Source of the DNA: Candidatus Melainabacteria bacterium 17Bon1m
GTDB taxonomy: Bacteria > Cyanobacteriota > Vampirovibrionia > Obscuribacterales > Obscuribacteraceae
NCBI GenBank assembly: GCA_032128875.1
Contig: JAVLKG010000023.1
Coordinates: 1-30,249, forward strand
Length of the DNA stretch: 30,249 nt
Direction of reading: 5' to 3'
The notes beneath the pieces were generated by a model. It was not told where the DNA came from and ran no database searches. It saw only the letters and a program-made list of their open reading frames with translations. Below, in pieces: positions 9,559 to 18,433 of the stretch. How positions within the stretch are numbered: position 1 is the first letter of the stretch; each line of letters begins with the position of its first letter. Both the position numbers and the translations under genes were made by a program.

Positions 9559-11043
9559 TTAGAACTGGAAGTAAATGAAGGGAGAAACGCGCATTGGTGC
9601 AAAGCCGAGAATAATTAGCGCAACGCTTGTGTATGCGACAACCTGCGTACCTAGTGACTGTTCGAAGAAAAGGCGGAGTGCCGTAAGTGTTTTGCTCAAA
9701 GAATTGTCAGAACCAGAAGCTTTGTCCGCTAATGAGCGCGCTGCCAGAAAAGCGACATAAAGGGAAAGAGTGACTGGCAGAGTTGAATTCAAGAACATCC
9801 ACGTCACTTCACCACCCGTTTCCAAAGTTATGAGCTTGTGGGCGATTCTAAGCGCCTTTGGAATGGTTTCAGCTCTAAAGAGAATTCCTGCCATGAAAAG
9901 AAAGAGCATGGTGATCGCTACGCCCGACCAGTGCCAAATTGGGTGGGGGCGCAGTTTGGCAAGGAAAGGTGTTCGTGCTGCAAAATCTGTCCACTCTTTG
10001 GAGAGTACCAGTCCGATGCCGTGAAACGCGCCCCAGATCACATAGTGCCAGGCCGCACCGTGCCACAAGCCGCCCAAGATCATCGTCAGCATCGTATTGA
10101 AACGCGCTCTGTTCGGACTTACTCGCGAGCCACCCAGCGGAATGAAGAGGTAATCGCGCAACCAGGTAGACAGCGAAATGTGCCAGCGACGCCAGAATTC
10201 GGTGAGATTGGCAGCAAGAAACGGCCAATTGAAATTTTCCGGAACTTTGTATCCCAGGAGTAAAGCGGAGCCTCTGCCGATATCTGTGTAGCCGGAAAAA
10301 TCGAAGAAAATCTGGAATGTGAAACCAGCAACCGCGATCCACGCGTCCACGAGCCCCAGTTGCGCCGGGCGATCAAAGCCGTTGTTTACGACGAATCCGA
10401 GATTGTCACCCAGAACGATTTTTTTGAACAGTCCCTGCAAAATGAGGAAAATTCCCTCGCGGAAATTGGCGCTGGAAAAAACCGGCTTTTCCAGTAACTG
10501 GTGTGTGAAGTCTTGAAAGCGCTTGATGGGACCGGCGATTTGTGATGGGAAAAAGGCGGCGAAAAGCGCAAAATCACGGAAGTTTTTGACGGCTGCACTG
10601 CCGCGATATACGTCGACAATGTAATGGATGAATTCGAAAGTGAAAAACGAGATGCCCAAAGGCAGAATGATTTTCAGCGCCGGGCTTGCCCATGCGTCAG
10701 CATGACCCGGAGCGACCAGCGCGTTGAGTCCATGTAAGCCTGAAAAAATCGACTGGAGAAGGAAGTTGGCGTACTTGAAAAAACACAGGCAGCCGAGATT
10801 GAAAACCACGCCAGCAATGAGAATGGGCTTTTTCTGAGTTTTGAACTTTTCCAGCGCCAAACCAATCAGGTAGTTGATGATCGTGAGCGCGAGGATAAGC
10901 AGACCGTAGGTCGGCTTCCAGTTCATGTAGAAGATGTAGCTTGCTACCAAAAGCAACGTTGTTCGGTAGCGGTTCGGAATGCCCCAGTAGAGAGACACAA
11001 CCGCCGGCAAAAACAGCATGTAGGTGAAGCTGTTGAACAACAT
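9559..11043 (-). CDS. MBOAT family O-acyltransferase (AlgI/PatA/DltB-like)
   Basis: MLFNS start, LPLGISFFTF, AGPI.R, DFSGY.D, FWRRWHISLSTWLRDYL, GLWHGA catalytic His, FIYFQF C-terminus. Confidence 0.95.
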   Translation of the reverse strand: MLFNSFTYMLFLPAVVSLYWGIPNRYRTTLLLVASYIFYMNWKPTYGLLILALTIINYLIGLALEKFKTQKKPILIAGVVFNLGCLCFFKYANFLLQSIFSGLHGLNALVAPGHADAWASPALKIILPLGISFFTFEFIHYIVDVYRGSAAVKNFRDFALFAAFFPSQIAGPIKRFQDFTHQLLEKPVFSSANFREGIFLILQGLFKKIVLGDNLGFVVNNGFDRPAQLGLVDAWIAVAGFTFQIFFDFSGYTDIGRGSALLLGYKVPENFNWPFLAANLTEFWRRWHISLSTWLRDYLFIPLGGSRVSPNRARFNTMLTMILGGLWHGAAWHYVIWGAFHGIGLVLSKEWTDFAARTPFLAKLRPHPIWHWSGVAITMLFLFMAGILFRAETIPKALRIAHKLITLETGGEVTWMFLNSTLPVTLSLYVAFLAARSLADKASGSDNSLSKTLTALRLFFEQSLGTQVVAYTSVALIILGFAPMRVSPFIYFQF

Positions 11044-11628
11044 CGGGTCTAAGTCGATCCTGTGCTTTTAGCTATTCAGCAGGCTTCGGAGGTCGGTGAA
11101 TCTGCTGATTGCGGCTCGCGGAGCCGCTTTTGCTTGCAAGGGTTGGAAATCAAGCGACGCAGATAATATCACGAGCTCTTCAAGAGATACCTGTATTAAT
11201 TCCAATGAGATCTATGAGCTTCTACTTAGTTGTGCTTTTACTGCTTTGATCTGGTCCACTTTTCATCTGTTTTCATGAGCTTTGCAAACCCGCGCAAAGT
11301 GTCACCGAGTGGACCGATGTCAAGCACAAAAAGCTTGCAAAGATGCCCGAATTCCTGGTTCGCGTAGCGATTACATCTTGGCGACCTCCTTTAATTAGTG
11401 CACTTTAGTGTGAAGTCTCTTGAGTACGTCTCTGGGGTTTAGATAACGTGTCCCAGCATCCTCCATTTCTTCCTTCTTCTCGTTTTGCCCCAGTAAGTCC
11501 ATTCCCATCCGGTTTTCGCTTCTTTCTCAGCGTTTACATCGCGCTGAAGACGGACACGTGAATTTGATGGGAGTAGTTCTGCGGGCGATTTGGAGAGTGT
11601 GAGCTAGTTTGTGGTTCCGGAGGTATCT

Positions 11629-12372
11629 ATGAGACGCAGACTCCCACGCGTCATCGCTCACCGCGGTGGCAGAAAGTGGGGACCCGAAAACACACTTGCT
11701 GTTTTCAGAAAGTGTGTTGATGCTGAGTGTTATGGCATCGAGCTCGATATCCATCGGGCAAAGACTGGAGAACTGGTTGTTTTGCACTTCGATGACTTGA
11801 CCAAAACCACAAGTGGCAAAGGTCTCGTCAAGGACAAAACCCTGCGGCAGTTGAAGAGACTGAGCGCCGGAGCCTGGTTTTCCCCTGAGTTCGCCACCGA
11901 AAAAATCCCGACTTTGAAAGAAGTCCTGGACATCATCGATGGTCAGCTCATGGTCAACGTGGAGGTGAAAAACGCGCCTGATGCCTATCCTGGCATCGAA
12001 GACGATTTGATTGAGTTGCTGGACGCTTACGGCTACAGCACCACAATCATTGTCAGTTCGTTCGATCATGCCTTTCTCAAGCGCTTCAAAGAAAAGACTG
12101 ACGCCTACAAGACGGGTTTGCTGGTGAATGGCTTGTTGCTCGACCTTCCCGCTTATGCGGCGCAAGTCGGCACAACGGCCTGGCATCCGCAATTCGTCAA
12201 CTTGCGAGCTGACCAGGTCAAACTGGCGCAGCAAGCGGGTATCGAGGTGAATGTCTGGACGCTCAACGAGGTGTCGGAGTGGAATTCTGCAGTCCATATG
12301 GGTGTCGATGGCATTGTCACCGACGACCCTGAAGGTCTGGAGGAGTATCTCGCCAAGCTGCGCAGCAAGTGA
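11629..12372 (+). CDS. Glycerophosphodiester phosphodiesterase (UgpQ-like, cytoplasmic)
   Basis: IAHRG, PENT, IELDIH, IPTL.EVL, NVEVK, SSFD, VWTLN, GVDGIVTD; GGAGGT RBS before ATG 11629. Confidence 0.92.
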   Translation: MRRRLPRVIAHRGGRKWGPENTLAVFRKCVDAECYGIELDIHRAKTGELVVLHFDDLTKTTSGKGLVKDKTLRQLKRLSAGAWFSPEFATEKIPTLKEVLDIIDGQLMVNVEVKNAPDAYPGIEDDLIELLDAYGYSTTIIVSSFDHAFLKRFKEKTDAYKTGLLVNGLLLDLPAYAAQVGTTAWHPQFVNLRADQVKLAQQAGIEVNVWTLNEVSEWNSAVHMGVDGIVTDDPEGLEEYLAKLRSK

Positions 12373-12648
12373 CTGCAGGGGCGCTGCCATGCATCGCCCG
12401 GTCGGCGTCGACCCTACAGCAAAAGAAAGCCTTTGAGGAAGTCAATGTAAGTTTGCGTCTCTGGCGAGCGCCTGAGTGGCGATGAGGAGGTTGAGGCGTG
12501 CACGTGTGCATATGCCTACGCCTCTTCCGGCGGCTCAGGTGTCAGGGGTTTTGGACTGCTGAGGCGGTAAAACGAAGAAAAGGCAAAGGTTAGTCGGCGC
12601 CCCTGCGTTCTGCGAGTAAACTCGCTAGAACTAAGGGAGCGTTTACTA

Positions 12649-13647
12649 ATGCCGATGCCAGCCAAAGCGGTACTTCTGGTACATGGAGGAGCGGGTGTCA
12701 TCAACCGCGATTCCATGAGTGCAGCACTGGAGGCGCGATACAAGAACAAGCTCGGCGACGCTCTTGTTGCCGGGCACAAGGTTTTGAAAGCGGGAGGAGC
12801 CAGCCTGGATGCGGTTGTTGCCGCAATCAAGGTGCTGGAAGATTCGCCGCTTTTCAATGCCGGCAAGGGCGCCGTACTGACCAGAGATAAGCGCATCGAA
12901 CTCGATGCTGCCATCATGGACGGTGCGAGCTTGCAGGCTGGTGCGGTTGGCGCCATCACCAACGTGAAAAATCCAATCACCGCTGCTCGAGCGGTTATGG
13001 AACACACCGAGCACGTCATGCTCATCGGCAAAGGTGCCGAAGTGTTCTTGCGCAACATCGCGAAGAAAATCGGCTTGACTCTCGTCGAGCCCGACTACTT
13101 CGTGACGCCGCGCCGTCTGGAGCAACTCGAAGATGCCCTCGCTCGGGAAGTGGAGAATTTCGATTCCGCTTCGCGTTCGCACAAAGGTTCGAAGCTTCGC
13201 AAGAGGCGTCGGGCTGTGGGTTTTGACGAGAACAAGTTCGGCACGGTCGGAGCAGTCGCTCTCGATGAAGCCGGCAACCTCGCTGCGGCCACCTCCACAG
13301 GTGGTATCACCGCAAAACGTTATGGCCGAATTGGAGACTCGCCTCTCATCGGCTCTGGGACCTACGCTGACAACAATACCTGTGCTGTTTCGTGCACCGG
13401 TCACGGCGAATATTTCATCAGGCATGTCGCCTCATACGATGTGGCAGCGCGCATGAAGTATTTACGCGAACCGGTGTCCAAGGCAGTCGAGCAGGTGATT
13501 TCGTCGCTCGGCAAAGCGGGTGGTGACGGGGGCATGATTGCACTCGACCGCCATGGCAATGCCGTCATGTCGTTCAATACGTCCGGCATGTTTCGCGGCG
13601 CAATTACCGCTGAAGGTGAAGTCAGCGTTGGCATATATTGTGACTGA
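12649..13647 (+). CDS. iaaA: Isoaspartyl peptidase/L-asparaginase (Ntn hydrolase)
   Basis: VHGGAG, LEDSPLFNAGKG, ELDAAIMDG, G|TVGAVALD autoprocessing site, ATSTGG, GRIGDSP, SCTGHGE. Confidence 0.93.
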   Translation: MPMPAKAVLLVHGGAGVINRDSMSAALEARYKNKLGDALVAGHKVLKAGGASLDAVVAAIKVLEDSPLFNAGKGAVLTRDKRIELDAAIMDGASLQAGAVGAITNVKNPITAARAVMEHTEHVMLIGKGAEVFLRNIAKKIGLTLVEPDYFVTPRRLEQLEDALAREVENFDSASRSHKGSKLRKRRRAVGFDENKFGTVGAVALDEAGNLAAATSTGGITAKRYGRIGDSPLIGSGTYADNNTCAVSCTGHGEYFIRHVASYDVAARMKYLREPVSKAVEQVISSLGKAGGDGGMIALDRHGNAVMSFNTSGMFRGAITAEGEVSVGIYCD

Positions 13648-13749
13648 GCGTCCTGAGAATGGATTGCTCGATTTGCACGCCGGGCTAGGGGCTTCCTGCC
13701 TCGGCGTAGTCTGAAGCGTATACAACAAACTTCCGCCTGCCGCTCAGTG

Positions 13750-13777
13750 AGCGCTCCTGCATAAGGTGCGCTTTTTT
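13750..13777 (+). terminator. Probable intrinsic terminator downstream of iaaA
   Basis: AGCGCTCCT-GCATA-AGGTGCGCT followed by TTTTT. Confidence 0.45.
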
Positions 13778-13885
13778 CGTGCGCGTGGGCGAGCGAGTTT
13801 GGTGTGCTTCAGAGGACGTGCGGAAGCTACTTCAATCCGCGGCGTTCGCTTCGTGCGATCAGCTGCTAGAAAACGGAGACTGGTT

Positions 13886-15667
13886 ATGAATCAGCCCAAG
13901 ACTTCAATGTGGCGAAAGATCTTCGCCCTCTGCGCACCGTATTGGTTCGCGAACGATAAGCAGGCGGTTCCGCTGCCGTTTATCGGTTCTGTCAATGTGC
14001 CGGCCAAGTGGGTGGGGCGCTCTCTGCTCGCCCTCCTGCTCGTCGGTCTCGTCAGCATCAACTACCTCAACGTGGGTCTGAACTTCGCGTGGGGTGACAT
14101 CATGAACTATCTGCAGGATTTCGCCGCCAACCAGGCGACGGACCCTGCCAAGGCGCAAGCCGCGAAAGATGGCTTCATGGCGGCGATTTTCGGCATCGGT
14201 AAGGTCTTCCTTATCGGTACCTTTATCGTCGTGGCGTACCGCTGGATTCGGGCCAAGCTGCAGCTCTCGTGGCGCACTTGGATGACCAATGACTTCATGC
14301 GGCGCTACCTGAACTCCGACGGCGCTCACTATCGCGTCGGCAACAACGCCAGCATCGACAACCCTGACGAGCGAATCCATCAGGACATCGACGCGGTTGT
14401 CGCCCAGACCCTCGGTCTGGCACTGACCTTCATCGATTCCGTGGTGACGCTGATCTCGTTCTCGGCGGTCCTCTGGGCCATCTCGCAGAACCTGACCTAC
14501 ATCGTCGTCGGCTACTCGCTGGTCGGCTCGCTGCTCATCCTGCTGTTCGGTCGTCGCCTCGTCGCGCTGAACTTCATGCAGCTCAAGCTGGAAGCGGACT
14601 TCCGATACTCGCTCATCCACGTTCGTAACCACACCGAAGCGATTCGCTTCTACCGTGGTGAAGAGCGCGAGCTGGGCACCGTCAAGGGCCGCTTCGGTCA
14701 GGCTGTGGAAAACAACCACAAGCTGATCAACTGGACCGCCAACGTCGGCTTCTTCCAGACCGCCTTCGACTACTTCGTCACCATCATCCCGTACCTGATC
14801 ATCGCGCCGCTCTTCTTCGCCGGCGCCGCCAAGCTGGGCACGTTCCAGCAGGCGTCGATGGCTTTCGGCCAGATTCTTGGCTCGCTCGCCATCGTGGTCA
14901 CGTCGTTCCAGTCGCTTGCGCAGTACGCTGCGAATATCAACCGTCTGGGTGGCTTCGACGAAGCCCTGAAGGAGAAGCACAACGCCGCCGGCAAGCCGAC
15001 CATCAAGACGGTCGTCGAGCCGCGCATCGAGATGAAGGACATGACCCTTCAGACTCCGGACTACGCCCGCACTCTGATCGCCGGCCTCAACCTGGCGGTC
15101 AAGGAAGGCACCGGCGTCATCGTCATGGGTCGCTCGGGCGTGGGCAAGAGCTCGCTTCTGCGCGGTCTTGCCGGTCTCTGGGACAGCGGCACCGGCACCA
15201 TCGTGCACCCGGAACTGGGCGACATGATGTTCTTGCCGCAGACGCCGTACATGCTGCTCGGCAGTCTGCGTGAGCAGTTCACGTACCCGCGTTCCAACGC
15301 CACCGACGCTGAAATCGCGGCGATGGCTGTGAAGGTCGGTCTGCCCGAGAACTTCATCGCTCTCAAGGGCGGTCTCGATGCCGAGGCTAAGGGCCTGTCG
15401 CTGGGCGAACAGCAGCGTGTCGCGTTCGCGCGACTGCTCCTGGCGCGTCCGCGCTACGCCATCCTCGACGAGGCCACCAGCGCGCTCGATATCCCGCTGG
15501 AAGAGCGTCTCTACACGCTGCTGCGCAACTCGGGCGTCACCTTCATCAGCGTCGGTCACCGCCCGTCGGTGATCAAGTTCCATGACGGCGTCCTCACCCT
15601 CACCGGTGAAGGCGGCTGGACCATGGCTCCTGTGACCAAGGAGTTCATCGAGGACCACTCGAAGTAA
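13886..15667 (+). CDS. ABC transporter, fused permease/ATPase, ABCD/YddA/BacA(Rv1819c)-like
   Basis: IDNPDERIHQD, EAIRFYRGE (EAA-like), Walker A GRSGVGKS, signature LSLGEQQR, Walker B ILDEATSALD, SVGHR; GGAG before ATG 13886. Confidence 0.92.
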   Translation: MNQPKTSMWRKIFALCAPYWFANDKQAVPLPFIGSVNVPAKWVGRSLLALLLVGLVSINYLNVGLNFAWGDIMNYLQDFAANQATDPAKAQAAKDGFMAAIFGIGKVFLIGTFIVVAYRWIRAKLQLSWRTWMTNDFMRRYLNSDGAHYRVGNNASIDNPDERIHQDIDAVVAQTLGLALTFIDSVVTLISFSAVLWAISQNLTYIVVGYSLVGSLLILLFGRRLVALNFMQLKLEADFRYSLIHVRNHTEAIRFYRGEERELGTVKGRFGQAVENNHKLINWTANVGFFQTAFDYFVTIIPYLIIAPLFFAGAAKLGTFQQASMAFGQILGSLAIVVTSFQSLAQYAANINRLGGFDEALKEKHNAAGKPTIKTVVEPRIEMKDMTLQTPDYARTLIAGLNLAVKEGTGVIVMGRSGVGKSSLLRGLAGLWDSGTGTIVHPELGDMMFLPQTPYMLLGSLREQFTYPRSNATDAEIAAMAVKVGLPENFIALKGGLDAEAKGLSLGEQQRVAFARLLLARPRYAILDEATSALDIPLEERLYTLLRNSGVTFISVGHRPSVIKFHDGVLTLTGEGGWTMAPVTKEFIEDHSK

Positions 15668-15836
15668 TTCCGGTCGCTCGACTGAGCCGACTCGCTTGAT
15701 GTAAATCGAGCGGTCATCAGTGTCTGGAGTTGCCTGCCTGGGTTGCTGAAAGGCGCTCAGGCAGGCGCTTCAGGCGTTCTTCACCAAACCCGAATTTCGA
15801 CCGAAAGGTCTACAAAACCAAGTTGGAACTTCCCTA

Positions 15837-16412
15837 ATGAACAGAGGAAGACGCGAGAAAACCCTCACGGTTGCGAAGATCCTCCAGCTGCTGAAACCCG
15901 CTGGAAGCAACCCTCGCCTGGTCCTGTTTGCCGGCTTGCCTGCATCGGGCAAGAGTACGTTTTCCGACGGACTGGTCGAAGCCGGTGCCACGCGCATCAG
16001 CCTCGACGAGATCCGCAAGGAGATCTACGGCGACGCCAACATCATCGGTGACTGGAAGGTCACGCGCAAGCGCTTCGACGAGCTCTACAACGCTGCTCTG
16101 GCGGCGAAGCAGAACATCGTCCTCGACAACACTCACTTCATGCGCAAGCAGCGTGAGCGCGTTATCGAGATGGCCCGTGCCGCCGGTTACGTCGACATTC
16201 ATGTCGTCGTGATGGACGTGACGCTCGAGGAATGCCTCAAGCGAAACGCCAAGCGCGAACGCGTCGTCAAAGAGGAAATCATCCGTGACATGCACAATTG
16301 GCTGTACGGATCGCAGTTCCCCAATGACAGCGAAGGGCAAGTGACCGTGCTGGCTCCCACCGATGTGCGGACGAAGTACAAGGTGTCAGGATACGTTGCT
16401 TCGGCTGCGTAA
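15837..16412 (+). CDS. P-loop kinase, AAA_33/polynucleotide-kinase-like
   Basis: Walker A GLPASGKST, ISLDEIR (DxxR), VLDNTH, lid CLKRNAKRER; exact start uncertain. Confidence 0.85.
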   Translation: MNRGRREKTLTVAKILQLLKPAGSNPRLVLFAGLPASGKSTFSDGLVEAGATRISLDEIRKEIYGDANIIGDWKVTRKRFDELYNAALAAKQNIVLDNTHFMRKQRERVIEMARAAGYVDIHVVVMDVTLEECLKRNAKRERVVKEEIIRDMHNWLYGSQFPNDSEGQVTVLAPTDVRTKYKVSGYVASAA

Positions 16413-16430
16413 TCGCATCTTGGGTTTTTT

Positions 16431-16475
16431 AAGAAGCGCCCAGGGAGAGCAATTTCCCCGGGCGTTTTCTTTTTT
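16431..16475 (+). terminator. Intrinsic terminator after the kinase gene
   Basis: GCGCCCAGGGAGA-GCAA-TTTCCCCGGGCGT followed by TTTCTTTTTT. Confidence 0.75.
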
Positions 16476-16592
16476 GAAGCATTTGATACTGTGTCGTGTA
16501 GTAACAGGTCAATGCCATGCGTTGACCCTACATCAGTGAACTTGTACCAATTTTCTAAGCGCATTTATGGTGTTTTTTCTGGGTAAGGGCGC

Positions 16593-16770
16593 GTAACAAA
16601 AATCTAGAAAAACATTACAATGCCTACTGTTTGAGAGCTCCGTCATTCTGTACCTTTTTTGCGATTTCGTTATGCGATTTCGCGTTTGAGGTGTTAATTG
16701 GCTTTCAAGTAATAATGCTGTTGTTGCTCTCGAACTTTCAACGTGTAATAAAAATCTAGAAAACTGTTAC
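16593..16770. repeat. Two copies of a 26-bp dyad (GTAA..AAAATCTAGAAAA...TTAC), 152 bp apart
   Basis: 16593-16618 GTAACAAAAATCTAGAAAAACATTAC and 16745-16770 GTAATAAAAATCTAGAAAACTGTTAC. Confidence 0.75.
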
Positions 16771-16795
16771 ACGGAGAATCCGTCAATCTTGTGGC

Positions 16796-18433
16796 TTAGC
16801 CATTCTTGAAAAACAGAATTACGCGCAGTTCGTTTGGTTGTAGTTCGAGTTCCAAATCTTTTGCGGAAACAAACTCAGTGTGCGGTTTTGAATCGGCGCG
16901 AAGTTTCTCGATTTGCTCTCTAGTCGGATAGGTGGGAGAGCCCATGGCTTGCCACTTTCTATAAGACGAACCATGTTCTTTGTTGATCGTGTGGCAAGTG
17001 CCTTGATCGTATTGCTCTGCGTTTTTGATATCGAATTTGAACCGCCGCACTTTTCCTTCGTTTTTTTCGTTGCTCTTTTCGCCCGTATAATTCCACACTG
17101 CCAAAATGAGCCAACCATCATCTTTTTGCGTAGCCAAAACTGGCGCTGCTTCTGGTTCTACAGGCAAGCGCTTGTCGCCTAATCTTTTCAATAGATTGAA
17201 TGCGTTGAACGATGCTTTGGGAATTCCGCCTGGTGCAATAAGACCAAAGCCGCCGTAAAACGGTTTTTTATAAACGCCCTGTTCTTCAAATACATCTGAG
17301 AATGTCCAATATGCAATTTCGTCTGCCAGTCCGGCGCTTAGTTTAATGTGATTGGCTATCCAGGGCGCCATCATCTCTGAGTCTGTGACTTCGGGATGGT
17401 TAGCGAAACTCGCGTTGTATTCACTCCAGATAATTGGCAGCTCGGGTCGCGCTGAATGTTTCACTTGTTCGTGTACTTTTTTCATTGCCGCAGCCACCAT
17501 CTCATCTCGACCGATGATGCGGTTCTTGGTGGAGCGGTCTTCTGCCAGGACGTCCTTCGCGCTGTCGTCACCGTATACATGTGTAGTGACGAAGTCGACC
17601 GGCGTTTTGTTTTTAGTGCAGTACTCAATAAAACGGTCTACCCAGGCTGCCTGAGCTGTAGCCGGACCACCTACTTTAAGAAGCGGGTTGACGTTCTTCA
17701 GGGCTCGCGCAGTTGCGTCATAAAGCTCATAGTAAGTTGCTTCTTTCGGCTCACCGCCCCAGAAGTCGATATTGGGCTCGTTCCAAACTTCGAAATACCA
17801 GTTCGAAACCTCTCCGATTCCATAACGTTCGACAAGATGGTTTGCAAATGCTGAAACCAAATCCTGCCACTTCTTCATGTCTTTAGGAGGGGCGACACTT
17901 TGTTTGTACCAAAAAGCGTGTAAAAGTTCTTTGGATGCCATTTTTTTCGGCATGAAACTAAGTTCTATAAACGGGCGCACGTTTTGCGCAAGCAGCCCGT
18001 CGTAAATTTGGTCTACGTATGAGAAGTTGTAAATTGGCTTTCCATCAGGCGTTTCGTCGTAAATGCCAACTTCATCGTGAAAGATTGCGTGAAAACGAAC
18101 ATAGCGAATATCGAAGTTTTGTTTGCAGGTTTTGAGGTCCTGGCGATAACTGTCTCTGAGGCTAAGAATCGCACGCCCAGAGCCCAATATGTGTTCCCAG
18201 AAATGTGGAAATGGCTCTGACTTTTTGTCGGTGTCGATTACTACCTTTTCCGTTCTTACGACGCTTTTCGTTTTCTTCTCACTCTGTTTTTTTTCTGTGC
18301 TCGCCGCTTTTAAGTTACTCTCTGTATTCGCTTCTGCGCTTGTTGCTGGTGTTTGTGAGAGTGCGATCATCAGCGCCAATGCGCCTGTTTGTGCGCGTCT
18401 TGCCTGTTTCAAAAAAACGTGTCTGGAAAACAT
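16796..18433 (-). CDS. Secreted glycoside hydrolase family 39 (beta-xylosidase-like)
   Basis: YVRFH, YNFSYVDQIYD, PFIELSFMP, FEVWNEPN (acid/base), VGGPA, WSEYN (nucleophile), WTFSDVFEE, GGFGL; N-terminal signal peptide. Confidence 0.92.
   Translation of the reverse strand: MFSRHVFLKQARRAQTGALALMIALSQTPATSAEANTESNLKAASTEKKQSEKKTKSVVRTEKVVIDTDKKSEPFPHFWEHILGSGRAILSLRDSYRQDLKTCKQNFDIRYVRFHAIFHDEVGIYDETPDGKPIYNFSYVDQIYDGLLAQNVRPFIELSFMPKKMASKELLHAFWYKQSVAPPKDMKKWQDLVSAFANHLVERYGIGEVSNWYFEVWNEPNIDFWGGEPKEATYYELYDATARALKNVNPLLKVGGPATAQAAWVDRFIEYCTKNKTPVDFVTTHVYGDDSAKDVLAEDRSTKNRIIGRDEMVAAAMKKVHEQVKHSARPELPIIWSEYNASFANHPEVTDSEMMAPWIANHIKLSAGLADEIAYWTFSDVFEEQGVYKKPFYGGFGLIAPGGIPKASFNAFNLLKRLGDKRLPVEPEAAPVLATQKDDGWLILAVWNYTGEKSNEKNEGKVRRFKFDIKNAEQYDQGTCHTINKEHGSSYRKWQAMGSPTYPTREQIEKLRADSKPHTEFVSAKDLELELQPNELRVILFFKNG

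Noticed and set aside
11440..11600. Minus-strand frame reading ...KTGWEWTYWGKTRRRKKWRMLGHVI
   Set aside because: There is no upstream start codon before the in-frame stop, so it cannot be supported as a gene.
13648..13885. Cobalamin riboswitch upstream of the BacA-like transporter
   Set aside because: No GGGAA / GCAACTGT / B12-box consensus is visible.
13904..15658. 584-aa antisense ORF opposite the ABC transporter (likewise 25748..26803, 11527..12390, 19357..20004, 2833..3618)
   Set aside because: These are shadow frames expected from strong third-position C/G bias. They carry no motifs, while the opposite strand has complete family signatures.
16593..16770. Interpreting the duplicated dyad as a CRISPR array or NtcA site
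   Set aside because: There are only two copies with a 126-bp gap and no cas genes. The GTA..TAC spacing is 20 nt rather than the 8 nt of NtcA sites.
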